DNA of 64,000 nucleotides from an uncultured Chloroflexia bacterium (GTDB lineage Bacteria; Chloroflexota; Anaerolineae; CG2-30-64-16): NCBI GenBank assembly GCA_963810095.1, contig CAWEMM010000007.1, positions 384,001 to 448,000 of the forward strand, read 5' to 3'. Shown piece by piece: positions 59,763 to 64,000 of this stretch (position 1 is its first letter; each line of letters starts with the position of its first letter). The notes under the pieces were generated by a model. It saw only the letters and a program-made list of their open reading frames with translations, ran no database searches and was not told where the DNA came from. The position numbers and the translations under genes were made by a program.

Positions 59763-61172
59763 ATGCCCACGTCGTCGACAACCGTTTTCTGAAAGACCTG
59801 TTCGGGTCTCAGCCATTGCGCGAGGTTTTCTCTGACACTGCACAGCTGCAAGCCTGGCTCGACTTTGAGGCGGCCCTGGCTCGCTCGGAGGCCGCTGAGG
59901 GGCTCGTGCCGCCCGAGGCGGCTGCGGAGATCACGCGCAAGGCAAGAGCCGAGCTCATCGACGTCGAAGCGCTCCATGCCGGCGTCAACTTCACCGGGCA
60001 CCCGCTGATCTCGCTGGTGCGCCAGCTCGCTGGACTGTGTGAGGGCGAGGCGGGCCGCTACGTCCACTGGGGCGCGACGACGCAGGACGTGACCGACACC
60101 GGCCTCATGCTCCAGGCGAAAGCCGCGCACGGGATCATTTTGGGGGACCTGCGCGAGCTCGCCGGCGCGCTGAGCGCCCTCGCGCGGCGTGAGCGCGATA
60201 CGATCGAGGCAGGCCGGACGCACGGCCAGCATGCCACGCCCATCACCTTCGGCTTCAAGGTAGCGGTCTGGCTTGACGAAGTGCGGCGGCACATCGAGCG
60301 GCTGGAGCAGGCTGCGCCCCGGGTGCTGGTCGGGGAGTTCGCGGGCGCCTCTACCACGCTGGCATCCATCGGCGCGGAGCCGGAGCGCGCGCTGGCCGTG
60401 CAGCGCCGGCTGATGGCCGACCTGGGGTTAGGCGTGCCGCTGATCGGCTGGCATGCCGCCCGCGACCGCTTCGCCGAGCTGGGGCTGCTGTGGGCCATGG
60501 TGGCCGGCACGATGGGCAAGATCGCCCACGAGGTCATCCTATTGCAGAAGAGCGAGGTGATGGAGCTCGAGGAGCCGCACCATCACGGTAAGGTCGGGTT
60601 CGAGCACCATGCCGCACAAGCGCAACCCGATGGGATGCGAAGGCATCATGGCGCTCTCGCGTCTCGCGCGGTCGCTTGCGCCCGCACTGCTCGAGTCCAT
60701 GGCAACTGCGGAACACGAACGTGACTGGGCCGCGGTCCACACCGAGTGGTCCGCGTTGCCCGAGATCGCAATCGCGGCGGGCGCGGCGGTGAGCCAGACG
60801 CGCGACGTCATCGCCAAGCTGGTCGTCTATCCCGAGCGCATGCGGGAGAACGTCGACGCGCTGCACGGCCTGATCCTCTCCGAAGCCGTTATGCTGGCCC
60901 TGGGCGAGCACGTCGGGCGGCAGGTCAGCCATGAGATCGTGTACGAGGCGGCGATGACCGCCTTCGAAACCAGGCGGCCGCTGAAAGAGATCCTGCTGGC
61001 CGACCCGCGCGTCACGGCGCACCTGTCGGCCGGGCAGATCGACGCCCTGCTGCAGCCCGCGGCCTACACCGGCTTGGCCGGGGTGTTTGTCGATCGAGTC
61101 ACCGAAGTGCGCGGAAAGCGTAGAAGCCGGAGTTTCTTCGGAGAAACCTGGCTTCTGGCTCCTGAGGAGTAG
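59759..61172 (+). CDS. Adenylosuccinate lyase / 3-carboxy-cis,cis-muconate cycloisomerase family; frameshift near 60598
   Basis: VHWGATTQD..DT, GRTHGQHA.P.TFG.K, signature SSTMPHKRNP, EHERD. Confidence 0.87.
61122..61156. repeat. Short palindromic element AGAAGCCGGAGTTTCTTCGGAGAAACCTGGCTTCT in the 3' end of the lyase gene
   Basis: Two AGAA(A/G)CC...TTCT sub-palindromes; related AGAAACCGGGTTTCT at 19724-19738. Confidence 0.55.
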
Positions 61173-61174
61173 GC

Positions 61175-61690
61175 ATGCTGGTACAGGTCTGGCATTTCAG
61201 CTTCACCATCTCAGACATCGAGCAGTCGGTGGCGTTCTACCGCGATGTGCTGGGCCTCGAGCTGGTGCACCGGCAGGAGCAGGCGAACGAGTACACCCGC
61301 AAGTTCGTCGGCTATCCGGACGCGCACCTGAAGGTCGCGCAGTTTCGCATCGCGGGCGCGCCGGTTAACCGTTCGGGGCACATGCTGGAGCTGATCGAAT
61401 ACGTCGCGCCGCGGGGAGAGAAGGTCGACACCCGCACGAAGAACACGGGGACCGCCCACCTCGCGTTCGAGGTGGACGACATTTTCGTGGAGTATCAGCG
61501 CATGAAGGGGCTCGGCGTGCGCTTCCGCAGCGAGCCCGTCGCCATCGAGGCAGGCATCAACAAGGGCGGCTACACCTGCTACTTCCTCGACCCCGACGAC
61601 ATCACCCTCGAGATCATCCAGCCACCCCACAGAAACGGGACGCAGATTTTACTGATCGAACTGATATGCCGATCCACAGGAGATCACTAA
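61175..61690 (+). CDS. VOC/glyoxalase family protein
   Basis: H.SFTISD.E.S.AFYRDVLG, LELIEY, HLAFEVDDI, YFLDPD.I.LE; the C-terminus reads into a repeat. Confidence 0.88.
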   Translation: MLVQVWHFSFTISDIEQSVAFYRDVLGLELVHRQEQANEYTRKFVGYPDAHLKVAQFRIAGAPVNRSGHMLELIEYVAPRGEKVDTRTKNTGTAHLAFEVDDIFVEYQRMKGLGVRFRSEPVAIEAGINKGGYTCYFLDPDDITLEIIQPPHRNGTQILLIELICRSTGDH

Positions 61691-61724
61691 AATCCGCGGT
61701 CATTCTTCGATCTGCGTTCTATTC
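61633..61724. repeat. Palindromic element, family A copy 6
   Basis: AAACGGGACGCAGATTTTACTGATCGAACTGAT ... GATCTGCGTTCTATTC between convergent genes, overlapping both stop codons. Confidence 0.82.
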
Positions 61725-62649
61725 AGCCAATTCCGTCGAGGATATCCCCCAGTTCGTCCTCCCACATGTCGTCGAGCGGCATGAAGGGGGTTTCCTCGAA
61801 GTCTTCGGTCATCCGGCCGAGTTGTTCCTTCACCTTGAGGCCGGGCATCTTGCGGTCCAGCCGGTCAAGCTGCGCTTGCATGTCCAGCGTGAGCTCTTCC
61901 CCGCGGCGCTCCAGGTCTGCCAGGTCGATCCAGACGCCGAACATGGTGTTGAGCCGGTGCATGATCTCGGCCCAGGCCCGGTAATCGTCTTCCACCCGCA
62001 CGCCGTCGACTTCCTGGTGTTGCGTGGAAAAGTCATACGCGGGCACGAAGCCGTACAATGACAGGGCTTCGATTCCCTCGTGCTCGGCCCGATCCAGCAG
62101 GTACGTCCCGATCGTCACGCCGCCTTCGTAGCTCGAGAACTTGAGGGCGTACTTTTCCAGCTTCTCGCGCAGAAAGGGCAGGCTGTAGACGGCGTGAATG
62201 TCGCGGGCCTTGTCGTACGGCACCGGGCCGTAGACCCGCCCGAGCATGACCACCCGCTTGACACCCAGCCGCTTGACTGCGGCGAAGAACGCCTCCGCGT
62301 ACCGGTCCGCATCCAGGTGCGGCTCGTCGCCCGTAAAGATGATCAGCCCCTTGCCTTGCAGCTCGGCGTAGTACAGGTCATTTGCATGGCGGGTCAGCGA
62401 CTCGCGATACCCGTCGTTGAGCTTCACTTCCGGCCGCAGGAAGTGATGTGTGCCCGGCACCTGGAACAGGTAAGAGCCGCCGACGTTCAGCTCGCCGATC
62501 TTTCGTGCGTCGGTGGCTTCGATAATGTGCTTCGGCAGTCCGGAGGAAATGCAACCCGCGTCGGCCCACTGCTGCCAACCGGCGATCATGAAGAGCTCGC
62601 TGACGTCGGGCTGTTCCCAGAGGCGGACGAGATCAGAATTGGATGCCAT
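61723..62649 (-). CDS. PAC2 family (proteasome assembly chaperone-like) protein
   Basis: AGW.QWADAG, RPEVK, G.EPH, VP....R, YEG..IG, DL.DL...G and acidic C-terminus. Confidence 0.75.
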   Translation of the reverse strand: MASNSDLVRLWEQPDVSELFMIAGWQQWADAGCISSGLPKHIIEATDARKIGELNVGGSYLFQVPGTHHFLRPEVKLNDGYRESLTRHANDLYYAELQGKGLIIFTGDEPHLDADRYAEAFFAAVKRLGVKRVVMLGRVYGPVPYDKARDIHAVYSLPFLREKLEKYALKFSSYEGGVTIGTYLLDRAEHEGIEALSLYGFVPAYDFSTQHQEVDGVRVEDDYRAWAEIMHRLNTMFGVWIDLADLERRGEELTLDMQAQLDRLDRKMPGLKVKEQLGRMTEDFEETPFMPLDDMWEDELGDILDGIG

Positions 62650-62718
62650 GTCGATGATGTCCCCTTTCCAGAAGTGTACGTTCTGGCACTGGAATTATAC
62701 CATCAACAGGCGCAGGGG

Positions 62719-62813
62719 GAATAGGACGCAGATTTAACTGATCGAATGGAATCTCATGATCCTGTCCGGAAATCATGAAGGGCCGTTCGATCAGTCCGAT
62801 CAGTGTCCCATCC
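62719..62813. repeat. Palindromic element, family A copy 7
   Basis: GAATAGGACGCAGATTTAACTGATCGAATGG ... CCGTTCGATCAGTCCGATCAGTGTCCCATCC. Confidence 0.85.
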
Positions 62814-62816
62814 CGC

Positions 62817-64000
62817 TCACATTGCCGCGAGGATCTCTTCCGCACTGGGGCGCTGGGGGGCGGCGGGGTCGGCGAGGCGGCCGGCGGCCTCGTAGAAGGC
62901 GTTGCGCGACGCCCGGTCGGGGAACTGGGCCCGGGCCCACTCGCTCTGGTAGCCCGTGCCCGCAGCCCGCTGCCAGAACCGTGTGGCCGTAGATAAAGTA
63001 CGCGCCAGCGAAGAACGCGGCGTTGACCGGCGCCAGGAAGGGCGAAGAGAAGTCGTCGACAAGGCGGTTGCCGGGGCTGTTCATCTCGGTGCCGACGTTC
63101 AGCGGCAGGCTGCGCTCGCCCGCGATGCGTACGACCTCGTACAGCTTCTGCACCTTCCGGTAGCGCAGGTCCGGGTCCGAGAGGTTCCAGTTGCGGTCGG
63201 GGATGATGTTGAGGGTGACCGCGCCTTTCGCCATCAGCAGATCGAGCAACTCTTCGATCGCCTCTTCGCCCGCGCTCAGCCCGTCGAGCCACGCCGCACA
63301 GGGCAGCGCGCCGCACGCGGTAATCAGCGCGGTTCACCTCGTCCAGGGTGGGGAAGGAGTCGGGACTCGGTTTTACATAACCGACACCCCCCTGTTTCAT
63401 CAGCTTCCCCCGCACGAGGTTGGAGAACTTCGCATCGTCTTGAAGGGCCGCGGCAACCTGTTCGGGCGCCAGGCTCAGCTTGCCCGCCCAGAACGCCGCC
63501 CGGTCGTCCGCTGCCGGGAACCGGCGCTCGGCCGCGGCCAGGTAGGCCGCCAGCATGTGGCGCTCGGTGGCGTTGCCCGACGGGGTGAGGGGCAGAACGT
63601 CGGCCTCGTAGTCGATCTCGAGCGGGGCCAGGTGCGCGTTGATGCGCTCCAGCATGGCACGGTTGCGCCGCGCGGCCCGTTCGCGCATGGACGCGAGGAT
63701 GGGGGCAACCTCGGGGGGCACGTTCCCCGATGTGAACCCGATGCCCATGTGGTAGTACACGCCCGGCTCGCCCGGAGAGTTGATTTCTCGCGTCGCGAAC
63801 TCGGGGACGAACACCCGTGTTTCGATCCCCGCGCTGCCGCGCACCCCGAGCAGCTCACACGCGTCGAGAAACTCGTCGACCCCGTCAAGCACGTCGAAGT
63901 CGACAATGCCGATGGCCGCGTAGCCGTTCTTCTTCGCCAGCCAGGCCAACCCCGAAGGGGAGTAGCCGTAGGCGTTGTATGAGAAGAACGTGTGACAGTG
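62817..64000 (-). CDS. PHP-domain protein, 5' end outside the window; frameshifts near 63325 and 62955
   Basis: HCHTFFSY HxH motif at the window edge, G.VDFD...G, NSPGEPG, TERH, IIPDRNWN, GTEMN.PG. Confidence 0.72.

Overview
GC-rich bacterial DNA, most likely Chloroflexota (Anaerolineae/Caldilineae-like). This is inferred from Ala/Pro/Thr-rich lipoprotein N-termini, a PAC2 gene and a secreted protein ending in 'YLFLPIIRK'. Layout: (1) 0.1-4 kb peptidases and an alpha/beta hydrolase; (2) 4.3-11.8 kb LacI-controlled sugar ABC transporter plus GH3/PA14 beta-glucosidase, with a clear sigma70 promoter and two operators; (3) 12-16 kb operon with methyltransferase, HipA-like kinase/DUF3037 pair, NUDIX and PLP enzyme; (4) 16.3-39.2 kb apparently complete extracellular contractile injection system (eCIS, Afp/PVC-like) preceded by a SARP/BTAD activator, with three ATGTGA repeats exactly 11 bp apart just upstream of the operon's -10 box and an unrecognised Ig-like protein in the cargo position; (5) a convergent secreted RCC1-repeat protein, SCO/PCuAC, flavin reductase, MATE; (6) 46-64 kb divergent sugar/polyol catabolic cluster (SrlD, SorE-like, HAD, glycerol-1-P dehydrogenase | TPP E1 alpha/beta without E2/E3, lactonase-like, Gfo/Idh/MocA, SDR, MetE-like, NUDIX, PurB-like, VOC). 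Twelve hairpin elements whose arms are built from 8-10-nt tandem units, in four sequence families, sit at gene junctions. About 16 genes carry small frameshifts, most likely long-read assembly indels. All calls come from reading sequence and motifs by eye; no database searches were run.
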